From the NCBI RefSeq assembly GCF_036245885.1, contig NZ_BTTX01000008.1: 64,000 nt of DNA, one strand, 5' to 3'. This stretch comes from Corallococcus caeni (GTDB lineage Bacteria > Myxococcota > Myxococcia > Myxococcales > Myxococcaceae). Numbering within the stretch: the stretch's first letter is position 1; each line of letters opens with the position of its first letter. The notes under the pieces were generated by a model that did not search any database, was not told where the DNA came from, and saw only the letters and a list, made by a program, of their open reading frames with translations. A program made the translations under genes and the position numbers. This document shows positions 35,215 through 44,185 of the stretch, piece by piece.

Positions 35215-37724
35215 GGCGTCTCCTCCGCGACCCCGGTGGCCGGCGTGGCGCCCTGCGCGTCACCCAGTCCATAGAGGCCCTGCAAGCGGTCCTTCCATTC
35301 ACGCACCTGGGCGGCGCGGGAGCCCGCGCCAGAGGCCAGGTAGCGGCGCCAGGCGTCCACGGCCTCGGCGGGTTCGTGCCGGCGCTCCTGCGCGTCGATG
35401 CCCAGGTTGAGCGAGGCGACGGGCACGGCGGTCTCCAGGCGCTTCCACGTCGCGAGCGCGGAGGCCGCGTCGCCCTGGCGCCAGTCCACGCACGCCAGGT
35501 TGTGCTGCACCAGCACGTCGTCGGGCGTCGCGGCGAGCGCGGCCTTCAGCGCCTTCTCCGACGCCTTCATGTTGCCGGAGGCGTAGGCGAGCGCGGCCTC
35601 GCGGCGCAGCAGCGCGCCGGTGAGGTTGCCCATCCACTTCGGCTGTCCGGGCATGGGCTTCTTCTGCGCGGCGGTGAGCAGCTTGCGCGAGGGCGCGACC
35701 TTGCCCTGGCGGTAGAGCACCCACGCGTCCGCGAGCGCGCGCGTGTTGGGCCACGCCCACTCCGGCGCCGGGGTGAGCGAGCGCTTGAGGCCCGCGGACG
35801 CCTCCGCGAACCGGCCCTCTTCCGCGCGCGTGAGCGCCCGGGCGAAGGTGGCCAGCTTCGCCAGGTCCGCGCGCCTGCCGGTGCCCAGGCGGTCCACCGC
35901 GTCCAGGTCCCGGTTCGCCGCGGCCGCGTCTCCGGACTCCAGCTTCGCCAGGGCCCGGCGCACCAGCACGCGCGGCAGGTTCGCCTCCGCCACCTTCGAG
36001 GCCGTCTTGGAGGGCCCCGCGTCCGTCAGCCGCTGCACGGCGGCGTCCACCTGGCCCAGCTCCACTTCCGCGAGCGCGGCGCCCGCGGACGCCTCCGCGC
36101 GCTGATCCGGCTCCTGCGTGGACTCACCGGACTGGGTGAACGCGGCGAGCGCGGCCTGCGCGTCGCCGCTGCCCAGCCGCGAGTAGCCCAGGAGCAGGTG
36201 CTCGCGCCAGGTCGCGCCCGGCAGCGTCACCGCGCCCTCCATCACCTTGCGGGCCTCCGCGTACTGGTGGCTGTCCAGCAGCGCCGCGCCCAGGCGGCGG
36301 GCCATGGCCACGGAGCGGTCCAGGTCGTACGCCCGGCGCAGGTCGCGCACGGCGTCGTCCAGGCGCTGCGTGCCGGCGCGGTCACGTGCGCGGTGCGCCA
36401 GTGCCCGGGCCAGCCACTGCTTGGCGCCGGGGTGGCCGGGTTCGACCTGGAGCGCGCTGCCGTAGTCCTCGATGGCCTGGTCCCACTGGCCGGTGGCGAA
36501 GTGATCCGCGCCCAGCAGCATCCAGCCCAGCGCCTGGCGCGGGGCCATCTCCACCACGCGCCGGTGCACCTCCACCGCGCGCTGGTAGCGGCCGGCGCGG
36601 CGGTTGACGGAGCCCAGCGTCGCCCACAGCTCCAGGCTGCCGCCGCCCGACTTCACGGCGGACTCCAGGAACTGGATGGCCTCCTCGTGGCGCGCCTGCG
36701 CCTGGAGCGCCTTGCCCACGGCGATCTGCCCCATGAGCAGGCCCGGCTGCAGCTCCAGCACCTTGCGGAACTCCGCCTCCGCCTGCGCGGGCTGCTTCTG
36801 CGCGAGCCGCACGTCACCGAGCAACAGGTGCGCGGCGGGCGTGGAGCCCAGCTTCATCAGCGCGGTGGCCTGGATGTCCGCGCGCGGTACGTCGCCCGCG
36901 GCGAGGTACTGGCGCGCGAGGCGCTCCTTCGGCTCCGCCACCTGCGGGTACTTCGTCACCAGCCGCTCCAGCAGCGCGCGGGCCTCCGGCACGCGGCCCT
37001 CAAGCTCCAGCACGGCGGCGAGGCCGATCTGCGCGGTCGCGGACTCGGCGCGGCCAGCCTGCGCCTTCTCGAACGAGGCGCGCGCGGCCACGGCGTCGCG
37101 GCGGATGAGGTGCGCCTTGCCCAGCAGCTCGTGGATCTGGAAGTCGTTGCCCGCGAGCTTCTCCGGGCGCAGCGCCAGGTAGCGCTGCAGCCGCGTCACG
37201 GCGCGGTTCCCGTCCTGGACGTACAGGTAGTAGCTGGCCAGGTAGTAGTGGACGATGAGGTGGTCGGGTTGATCCGCGGCGGCCACCTGCTCCAGCACCG
37301 GCACGGCCTCCGCGAAGCGGCGCAGCTTGAAGTACGCGGTGCCCAGCGGGTACGCGAGCGACAGCTCCGACGGGTTCTGAGCGAACACCGGCGCAACGCG
37401 CGCCACCGTGCGCTGGAAGTCCTGGAGCGCGTTTGCGGCGCTGCCCAGGCCCGCGGCGGCGTACACGGACTGCGGCTCCTGCGTGAGCGCCTGCTCGAAG
37501 AGCTGGAGCGCCTTCTTGAACTTCTCCTCCGCCTCCTTCTTGTCGCCCTTGGCGAGGGCGGCGTTGGCGGACACGAGCGACTGCTCTCCCTGCTCCGTCA
37601 TGCGCTGCGCCTCGGTGGCGGGCGGCGGGCGGAACTGGGCGAGCGCCGTGGGCGGGCCGGCCAGGGTGGCCAGCAGGGCGAGCGCGGTGGAGACGCGGCG
37701 CGGGGAGCGGAGGAATGGGCGCAT
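35211..37724 (-). CDS. Secreted tetratricopeptide-repeat (TPR) protein
   Basis: Signal peptide after the ATG at 37724 (MRPFLRSPRRVSTALALLATLAGPPTALA), followed by many TPR-like helical repeats. The ORF is open to 38375, but the upstream part is junk. Confidence 0.7.
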   Translation of the reverse strand: MRPFLRSPRRVSTALALLATLAGPPTALAQFRPPPATEAQRMTEQGEQSLVSANAALAKGDKKEAEEKFKKALQLFEQALTQEPQSVYAAAGLGSAANALQDFQRTVARVAPVFAQNPSELSLAYPLGTAYFKLRRFAEAVPVLEQVAAADQPDHLIVHYYLASYYLYVQDGNRAVTRLQRYLALRPEKLAGNDFQIHELLGKAHLIRRDAVAARASFEKAQAGRAESATAQIGLAAVLELEGRVPEARALLERLVTKYPQVAEPKERLARQYLAAGDVPRADIQATALMKLGSTPAAHLLLGDVRLAQKQPAQAEAEFRKVLELQPGLLMGQIAVGKALQAQARHEEAIQFLESAVKSGGGSLELWATLGSVNRRAGRYQRAVEVHRRVVEMAPRQALGWMLLGADHFATGQWDQAIEDYGSALQVEPGHPGAKQWLARALAHRARDRAGTQRLDDAVRDLRRAYDLDRSVAMARRLGAALLDSHQYAEARKVMEGAVTLPGATWREHLLLGYSRLGSGDAQAALAAFTQSGESTQEPDQRAEASAGAALAEVELGQVDAAVQRLTDAGPSKTASKVAEANLPRVLVRRALAKLESGDAAAANRDLDAVDRLGTGRRADLAKLATFARALTRAEEGRFAEASAGLKRSLTPAPEWAWPNTRALADAWVLYRQGKVAPSRKLLTAAQKKPMPGQPKWMGNLTGALLRREAALAYASGNMKASEKALKAALAATPDDVLVQHNLACVDWRQGDAASALATWKRLETAVPVASLNLGIDAQERRHEPAEAVDAWRRYLASGAGSRAAQVREWKDRLQGLYGLGDAQGATPATGVAEETP

Positions 37725-37732
37725 GCGGTTCG

Positions 37733-39604
37733 TCACGGCGTGGGGGCGGGGCTGAATTCGGCGACGATGACGGTGATGTCGTCGCGCTGGGGCTGGCCGG
37801 CGCTGTACGCGCGCACGTCCGCGAGGAGCGCGTCGCGAAGGGCGTCGGCGGGGAGGTGGGCGTGGGTCTGGAGCGCGGCGGCCAGGCGCTGCGTGCCGTA
37901 GAGGCGGTTGGCGCCGTCGCGCGCCTCGGTGAGGCCGTCCGTGTACCAGACGATGATGTCGCCGGGGCTCAGCTGCGCCTGGCGCGACGTGAACTGCGAG
38001 GCGACGTTCGCGCCCAGCAGCGGGCCACGCGCCGGCAGGGACGCCATCTGCCGCGTGTTGCGGTTGTAGATGGCCGCGGCCGGGTGGGCGCCCGCCGCGT
38101 AGTCGATGCTGCCGCTGTACACGTCGATGACCGCGAGCGCGCTGGACATCTGGTGCTCGCCGCGGCCCACGTTGGCCAGCGTCACGTTGAGCGCGGTGAT
38201 GAGCATCTGCGCGTGCACCTGCGACGGCTCGCGCAGCGTCATCGCGGAGGCGAAGCCGCTGGTGGCGCTGGTGGCGACCAGCGACGTGGACAGGCCGTGG
38301 CCCGTCACGTCCCCGATGCCGATGACCACGCGCCGGTCGTCCAGCGCGGCGCGGAACCACCAGTCGCCGCCGCACGCGTCCGCGGGCACCACCAGTCCGG
38401 CCAGCCGCAGCGGGCCCACCGTCACGGCCTCGCGGCCCGGCAGGAGCGTCTCCTGCACGGTGCGCGCGAGCGACACCTCTCGCTCCAGCTGCGCCTTGGC
38501 GCGCACGTCCTCCAGCAGGACCTTGATGCGCTCCGCCATGTGGTTGAACACCACGCCCAGCGTCGTCACCTCGCGGCCCGCGCCCGGCGCCGTGCCCGCG
38601 CGCGCGCCCAGGTCACCGGCGGCCAGTTGCATCACGCGGTGGGTGAGCACGCCCAGCGGCTTGGTGATGCGGCGGCTCTGGAAGGCGGCCAGCACGCCGG
38701 CCAGCACCACGAAGCCCACGCCCAATCCCACGATGCGCAGCGTGTTGGCGCGCACCGCGGCGCGGTTGGTCTCCTCCAGCTCGTGCAACTGCTTCTGCAG
38801 GTCCTCCAGCGAGTAGCTGATGACGACCACGCCCTTGCCGCCCTGCGAGCCGTAGTCGAGCGGCTCCTGGAACTCGAAGACGGGCTGGCCCTGGAAGAAG
38901 GCGCTGGCCCAGCGGCGCTCCGCGGTGCGGCCCCCGGAGGACTCGCCCAGCTTCGCGGCCGGGTCGCTGTCCGCGACGAGCTGCCCGTCCGCGTCGAACA
39001 TCTGCACGCGCAGGATGTTGCGGTTGTCCGCGATGATGGAGCGCGCGACCTCCGTGAGGAACGCGTAGTTGTTGTCGCGCAGGCTGGTGGCGGAGGTGAG
39101 CGCCAGCGTGTGGCTCACCGTCTGACCCAGCTCGCGCGCCTGGGACTGGAGCCGCTGCGTGAAGCGATCCGACGTCGCGGTGAGCTGCGCCTCCGTCGTC
39201 TTCGCCGACAGCGCGGCCAGCAGGCCCACGATGACGATGACCAGCGCGCCCGTGGTGAGCAGCAACAGCTGATCCAGGCGGAGGCCGCGGATGGCCGCCA
39301 CGTTGGGCAGCTCGCCGGCCTCCATGGGCGCGATGACCGTGCTCGTGGGCTCCGCGGCCGGCAGACCCAGCGCCCCCGTCAACCGGGTGGCCGTGTTCTC
39401 CCCGCGCAGGGCGGTGAGGTCCCGGGAGTGCGTGCCCGTGTACTCCGGCGGAGGGGGCGGGGTGCCGGGCCCTGCGTCGTGGGAATCACCCGACGCGTCG
39501 GAGGAATCAGGTACGGGATCGAGGCGCGTATTCGTACGGGACAAAGGCAGACCTGGGGGAGCCCGCGTGGGGACGCGGTCGGGGCGAGGCGGACTGTATC
39601 TCAC
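37733..39604 (-). CDS. Membrane sensor PP2C-type Ser/Thr phosphatase (two TM helices, HAMP, then a SpoIIE/RsbU-family phosphatase domain)
   Basis: TM1 LLLLTTGALVIVIVGLLAALSA, TM2 LRIVGLGVGFVVLAGVLAAF, HAMP RRITKPLGVLTHRVMQLAAGDL, and PP2C metal-binding motifs GDWWF, GDVTGHG and YTDGLTEA. The start is uncertain: a GTG at 39604 has AGGAA adjacent, and an internal ATG lies at 39325. Confidence 0.8.
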   Translation of the reverse strand: MRYSPPRPDRVPTRAPPGLPLSRTNTRLDPVPDSSDASGDSHDAGPGTPPPPPEYTGTHSRDLTALRGENTATRLTGALGLPAAEPTSTVIAPMEAGELPNVAAIRGLRLDQLLLLTTGALVIVIVGLLAALSAKTTEAQLTATSDRFTQRLQSQARELGQTVSHTLALTSATSLRDNNYAFLTEVARSIIADNRNILRVQMFDADGQLVADSDPAAKLGESSGGRTAERRWASAFFQGQPVFEFQEPLDYGSQGGKGVVVISYSLEDLQKQLHELEETNRAAVRANTLRIVGLGVGFVVLAGVLAAFQSRRITKPLGVLTHRVMQLAAGDLGARAGTAPGAGREVTTLGVVFNHMAERIKVLLEDVRAKAQLEREVSLARTVQETLLPGREAVTVGPLRLAGLVVPADACGGDWWFRAALDDRRVVIGIGDVTGHGLSTSLVATSATSGFASAMTLREPSQVHAQMLITALNVTLANVGRGEHQMSSALAVIDVYSGSIDYAAGAHPAAAIYNRNTRQMASLPARGPLLGANVASQFTSRQAQLSPGDIIVWYTDGLTEARDGANRLYGTQRLAAALQTHAHLPADALRDALLADVRAYSAGQPQRDDITVIVAEFSPAPTP

Positions 39605-39884
39605 TTCCTGATTGACGCGAGGAGTCCACCTATCGACGTATTCCCGGGGGCCGCCCCTCCTCCCGGCCCCCCACCGGCCGTGCGATCAGGCGTCACGGAC
39701 GTGTTCCCCCCTTCTGGGAAGCAGCACGTCACGCGGCATGGATGAGTTCCGCTCATTGCCGCGTCGCGCCACCCGGGGGCCCAAACGGTGGCGGCGAACA
39801 CCCGTGACATCAGGGTCCTTGAGTCGGGAGGCCGCGTTCGGAGTATAGGGGCGTCCCTTCCTTTCCCTTCGAGGTCCTCCGCCC

Positions 39885-40892
39885 GTGTCACGGCCCCGGT
39901 TGATCAAAGAAAACTCCGCGCCGCTTTCGCTCGCCCGAGAGCAGCTCATCCGCATCCATGACCTGATGGTGAAGGCGCGCGTCCTGGAGGAGCGCCTGAT
40001 CCAGATGTACAAGCAGGGCCACGGCTACTTCTGGATTGGCGGCCCCGGTGAGGAGGCGTTCAACGTCCCCCTGGGCATGCTCATGAAGGTGGGCGAGGGC
40101 CCGGCCTACGACTACCTGCACGCGCACTACCGCCAGTCCGCGACGCTGCTGGCCATGGGCGAGGAGCCCATCGGGGCGCTGCGGCAGATGAAGAACACGG
40201 CCACGGACCCCTACTCCGGCGGCCGCAACTTCGCGGGCCACTTCAGCCGGCGCTCGAAGAACATCGCGCCGGTCACCTCCCCCATCGAGGTGCAGTACGC
40301 CATCGCGCCGGGCACGGCCATGGCCCAGAAGCGCCACGGCGGCGACGCCATCACCATCGTCACCGGCGGCGACGCGGGCACGGCCGAGGGCGACTTCGCC
40401 AGCTGCCTCATCTGGAGCAGCCGCCCGGCCAACCCGCTGCCCATCCTGATCATCGTCACCAACAACAAGTGGGGCATCTCCACCACTTCGGACGGCCAGC
40501 ACGGCGAGACGAACATCAGCGACCGCGCGCGCGCCTTCAACATCCAGGCGAAGACCATCAACGGCAATGATCCGGTGGAGTCCTACCAGGAGCTCCAGGC
40601 CGCGATGGAGTACGTGCGCAAGGAGCGCAAGCCCTTCTTCATTGAAGCGCGCGTGTCGCGCCTGTACGGGCACTCGTCCGCGTCCGGCGCCAACTTCGTG
40701 AACGAGGAGCAGGACTGCCTGCGCCTGTTCGAGGCGCGGCTGGAGCAGGAGGGCGTGCTCGACCGCAAGCAGATGGACGACGTGCGCAACCGCTACACGG
40801 AGGAGCTGGCCGCCGCGGCGCGCACCGTGCGTGACGAGCCGCAGCCCTCGGGCGACTCCATCTGGGAACACATCTACGCGGAGAAGAAATAA
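39885..40892 (+). CDS. Alpha-ketoacid dehydrogenase E1 component, alpha subunit (TPP-dependent; pyruvate, acetoin or BCKA-type)
   Basis: TPP-binding region GGDAGTAEGDF...NNKWGIST. Apparent GTG start. Confidence 0.85.
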   Translation: MSRPRLIKENSAPLSLAREQLIRIHDLMVKARVLEERLIQMYKQGHGYFWIGGPGEEAFNVPLGMLMKVGEGPAYDYLHAHYRQSATLLAMGEEPIGALRQMKNTATDPYSGGRNFAGHFSRRSKNIAPVTSPIEVQYAIAPGTAMAQKRHGGDAITIVTGGDAGTAEGDFASCLIWSSRPANPLPILIIVTNNKWGISTTSDGQHGETNISDRARAFNIQAKTINGNDPVESYQELQAAMEYVRKERKPFFIEARVSRLYGHSSASGANFVNEEQDCLRLFEARLEQEGVLDRKQMDDVRNRYTEELAAAARTVRDEPQPSGDSIWEHIYAEKK

Positions 40893-40894
40893 CC

Positions 40895-41950
40895 ATGGCG
40901 AACATGGCACAGGCCATCCGCATGGCCCTGCACTACGCGGAAGAGAACCTGGGCGTCACCGACATCTTCGGCGAGGACGTGGGCGCCCCGCTGGGCGGCG
41001 TCTTCACCTGCACGCAGGGCCTGAAGACGGCGTGGAACAGCCCCCTGGACGAGCGCGGCATCATCGGCACGGCCATGGGCCTGGCGATGGCGGGCAACCG
41101 CCCCGTCGCGGAGATCCAGTTCTGCGACTACATCTACAACACCATCGACCTGCTCAAGCTCGCGGGCAACACGCACTGGGCGACGAACGGTGACTGGGCC
41201 ATGCCCATGGTGGTGCGCACGCCCGTGGGCAGCGGCATCCGCGGGTCGCTGTACCACTCGCATTCGTTCGACGCGACGATGACGCACATCCCGGGCTGGA
41301 AGATCGTCATGCCCTCCACGCCGCTCGACGCGTACGGCCTGCTCATCTCCGCCTGCCAGGACCCCAACCCCGTCATGTTCCTGGAGCCCAAGGCGCTCTT
41401 GCGCGTGAAGGGCGAGGAGCGCATCCCGGGCGAGCCCGAGGACGACCGCGCGCTGTCGAAGATGATCGACGCGCCGCTGGGTGACCGCTCGCAGTGGAAG
41501 CCCCAGTGGCCCACGCTGGAGGCGTTCGCGGTCCCCATCGGCAAGGGCAAGGTGGTGCGCGAGGGCACCCAGGCCACCGTCATCAGCTACGGCCGCACGA
41601 TGCCCCTGTGCATCAAGGCCGCGGCGCAGCTGGCGGAGGAAGGCCTGAGCGTGGAGGTCATCGACCTGCGCTCGCTCTGGCCTTACGACTGGGAGCTCAT
41701 CAAGGCCTCCGTCCAGAAGACGGGCCGCGTGCTCTACGTCAACGAGGACACCGAGGTGACGAACTTCGGCGAGCACCTGGTCCGGCGCACTGTGGAGGAG
41801 CTGTTCTACTCGCTGCTCGCGCCTCCCCGGCTGGTCGCCGGCAAGTTCATCCCGGGCATCGGCCTGGCGGACGCGCTGGAGATGGCGTCGGTGCCGCAGC
41901 AGAACGACATCACCACCGCCCTGCGCAACCTCTGCCGCGAGCAGCCGTAA
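40895..41950 (+). CDS. Alpha-ketoacid dehydrogenase E1 component, beta subunit
   Basis: Transketolase-like pyrimidine-binding and C-terminal domains (IQFCDYIYNTIDLL, HSHSFDATMTHIPGWKIVMPSTP). The start lies 3 bp after the alpha subunit stop. Confidence 0.9.
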   Translation: MANMAQAIRMALHYAEENLGVTDIFGEDVGAPLGGVFTCTQGLKTAWNSPLDERGIIGTAMGLAMAGNRPVAEIQFCDYIYNTIDLLKLAGNTHWATNGDWAMPMVVRTPVGSGIRGSLYHSHSFDATMTHIPGWKIVMPSTPLDAYGLLISACQDPNPVMFLEPKALLRVKGEERIPGEPEDDRALSKMIDAPLGDRSQWKPQWPTLEAFAVPIGKGKVVREGTQATVISYGRTMPLCIKAAAQLAEEGLSVEVIDLRSLWPYDWELIKASVQKTGRVLYVNEDTEVTNFGEHLVRRTVEELFYSLLAPPRLVAGKFIPGIGLADALEMASVPQQNDITTALRNLCREQP

Positions 41951-41985
41951 GCCGCCCTCGTTCCACCGAGCGCGGAAAGTCACAC

Positions 41986-42018
41986 GGGCCGCCGTTCCTC
42001 TTTGGAGGCCGGCGGCCC
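41986..42018 (+). terminator. Hairpin GGGCCGCCG-(15 nt)-CGGCGGCCC after the E1 beta gene
   Basis: 9-bp perfect stem about 35 bp after the stop. A weak T-tract (TGTCGTT) follows. Confidence 0.35.
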
Positions 42019-42064
42019 TGTCGTTAGAATCCCAACTTCCGTGTCCCAGCCCATCGTCCGCACC

Positions 42065-42535
42065 ATGACCCCCGCCCCAGACGCCAACGCCTTCCGTATC
42101 CGCCGCGCGCGCCGTGGCGACGCAGAGGTCATGGCCCAGCTGCTGCGCGAGCTGGGCTACCCCCAGGGCACCGATCAGCAGACGGTGCACTGGGTCATCA
42201 GCCATCCGGAGATTGAGATCTTCGTCGCGGGAGATCCGCAGGACCGCGCGGTGGGCATGGTGTCCTTCTCCCACCGGCCGCAGCTGCGGCTGCGCGGGCG
42301 CGTGGCCACCGTGGACGAGCTCGTCGTGTCCGAGGGCTGGCGCCGCCGGGGCGTGGGCCGCGCGCTGCTCGCGCAGGTGGCCCAGCGCGGCAAGGTGCTG
42401 AGCGTGAAGCAGCTCCAGCTCATCGCCCCCATCAACGTCACCGACGAGACGCGCGCCTTCTACCGCGCGTGCGGCTACGTGGAGGGTGACTCCGGGGTGT
42501 TCCGCCACGCGGAGTACGAGCAGCCCCAGAAGTAG
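42065..42535 (+). CDS. GNAT-family N-acetyltransferase
   Basis: Motif A RRRGVGRALL with acetyl-CoA-binding context, ~157 aa. The start is taken at the Met MTPAPDANAF. The ORF is open from 42002. Confidence 0.75.
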   Translation: MTPAPDANAFRIRRARRGDAEVMAQLLRELGYPQGTDQQTVHWVISHPEIEIFVAGDPQDRAVGMVSFSHRPQLRLRGRVATVDELVVSEGWRRRGVGRALLAQVAQRGKVLSVKQLQLIAPINVTDETRAFYRACGYVEGDSGVFRHAEYEQPQK

Positions 42536-42595
42536 CGGCGGGGGTGCCGCGAGGGCCCGGTGCTCACGCCCGGGCCGCTTCGCGGTGGAAGCGGT

Positions 42596-42952
42596 TCAGC
42601 GCTTGAAGCTCGCGATGACGCGGCGCAGGCGCTCGTGGTCCTCTTCGCTCACGTCGATGAAGCGCACGCCGATGGCCTCCGCCTCGTCGCGCACCCAGGC
42701 GACGATGCCGGTGAGGTGGAACTCCTCGCCGTCCACCACCATGGCCAGCCGCACCTGCGAGCCCACGTCGTAGGACTTGCGCGTGCGCAGGCACAGCCCA
42801 CCGGCGGACAGGTTCAGCGAGTAGGCTCGCAGCGCACGCGCCGCGTCCTCCGCCTGCTCGAAGCGCACCTCGAACCGCGCCGCCACGCGCTCCTCGGCGC
42901 GGCGGTTCATGTACGGGTCTGGCTCTACCGGCCCATCCAACTTCGTGTTCAT
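42596..42952 (-). CDS. PilZ-domain protein (c-di-GMP-binding-type)
   Basis: RxxxR motif (NRRAEERVAARF) and NLSAGG (D/NxSxGG) motif. ~118 aa from the Met MNTKLDG. The ORF is open to 43015. Confidence 0.7.
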   Translation of the reverse strand: MNTKLDGPVEPDPYMNRRAEERVAARFEVRFEQAEDAARALRAYSLNLSAGGLCLRTRKSYDVGSQVRLAMVVDGEEFHLTGIVAWVRDEAEAIGVRFIDVSEEDHERLRRVIASFKR

Positions 42953-43079
42953 GCGCACCCTGACCCCCTCGGTTCTCGGACCGGAAGTGTCGGCTGGTTT
43001 CCAGGCCCGGTTCAAGGGCCCCCGGACGACGGAACGCCTCGTGTAAGTCCCAGGCTACTTCGACGCCAGGAGTTTCCGG

Positions 43080-43970
43080 ATGCGTGCACGTCTCGTGTTG
43101 TTGGGTGGAGCCCTGATGCTGGGGCTGTGGGTGGCGGGCTGCGACGACGAACCAACTGTCCGGCCGCCAACGGATGCGGGCACCACCCTGGATTCCGGGA
43201 CGGACGCCGGTGATTCCGGGGTTGTCGATGCCGGTGACGGCGGGGGCGGCGGAAGCTCCGACTTCGCCTGCAACGTGGGGAAGCAGGAGGGCTGCGCCGC
43301 GGGCCAGGGCTGTCTGTACACGGACCTCGCGGATGGCGGCACGGGCAGCCAGTGCTTCGCGGGCGCGTGCGACGTGGTCCGCCAGGACTGTCCGTCCGGG
43401 CAGCGGTGCACCTACGTGGGGCAGGACGGCGGGGCCACGCAGCGCCAGTGCGTCGCGGCGGGCACCGCCCTGGAGGGCGCGCCGTGCACGCTGGCCGAGT
43501 CACCCCCGGGACAGACGTACGACACGTGCGCGGCGGGCCTCTACTGCAAGGACGAGGCGCAGGGCGACGGCGGCACCGGGTTCTTCTGCCGCAAGCTGTG
43601 CCACACGACGTCCGACTGCGGCTCCGGCGAGTGCAACACCGTGCTGCGCCTGACCGGCACGCGGGAGCTGCCGCTGGTGTGCGGCCCGGCCTCCGCGTCG
43701 TGCGATGCGTTCGCGCAGGACTGCGAGAGCCCGCTGGGCTGCTACCCGGCCTCCAACGGCCCGGTGTGCGCGGGACAGGGGTCGCGGGGCGAAGGCGCCG
43801 CGTGCGACTTCAGCAACCAGTGTTCACGGGGAAGCACCTGCGTGATGGCCGACGGCAGCGGCACGTGCCGGACGCTGTGCCGCACGCCCGCCGGTTCTCC
43901 GGGGTGCGCGAACGGCGTGGCCTGCCGGCCCATCAACAACAACGGCGACGTGGGAGCCTGCGTCCCGTAG
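43080..43970 (+). CDS. Cysteine-rich lipoprotein with a Gly/Asp-rich linker; function unknown
   Basis: Lipobox LWVAGC. About 30 Cys in repeated C...GQ.C...C patterns. Confidence 0.6.
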   Translation: MRARLVLLGGALMLGLWVAGCDDEPTVRPPTDAGTTLDSGTDAGDSGVVDAGDGGGGGSSDFACNVGKQEGCAAGQGCLYTDLADGGTGSQCFAGACDVVRQDCPSGQRCTYVGQDGGATQRQCVAAGTALEGAPCTLAESPPGQTYDTCAAGLYCKDEAQGDGGTGFFCRKLCHTTSDCGSGECNTVLRLTGTRELPLVCGPASASCDAFAQDCESPLGCYPASNGPVCAGQGSRGEGAACDFSNQCSRGSTCVMADGSGTCRTLCRTPAGSPGCANGVACRPINNNGDVGACVP

Positions 43971-44185
43971 GCAAGGGATTGCCCACGGAAGGAAGCCGCC
44001 GGCCCGGGGTGGCGAGCGCGCGGGTCCCCCAGGGCCCCGGCCGGCCACCTCATGGGGCAGGCCCTGCGCCGTCCGTTCCCGGCGCGGGGATGTTCACGGC
44101 CTCCCGGGATTGGCGCGCGCCATGAATCCCCGGGTCGCCGCGAAGGCACATCGTGCACATTGTCTTGCGCCGGGAGGTCGTGGGC

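Noticed and set aside
39325-39604. Possibility that the first 93 codons of the HAMP-PP2C gene are not translated (internal ATG at 39325)
   Set aside because: Cannot be resolved from sequence alone. The GTG at 39604 has an adjacent AGGAA, but the encoded N-terminus is low-complexity, so both starts are noted in the feature instead of a separate call.
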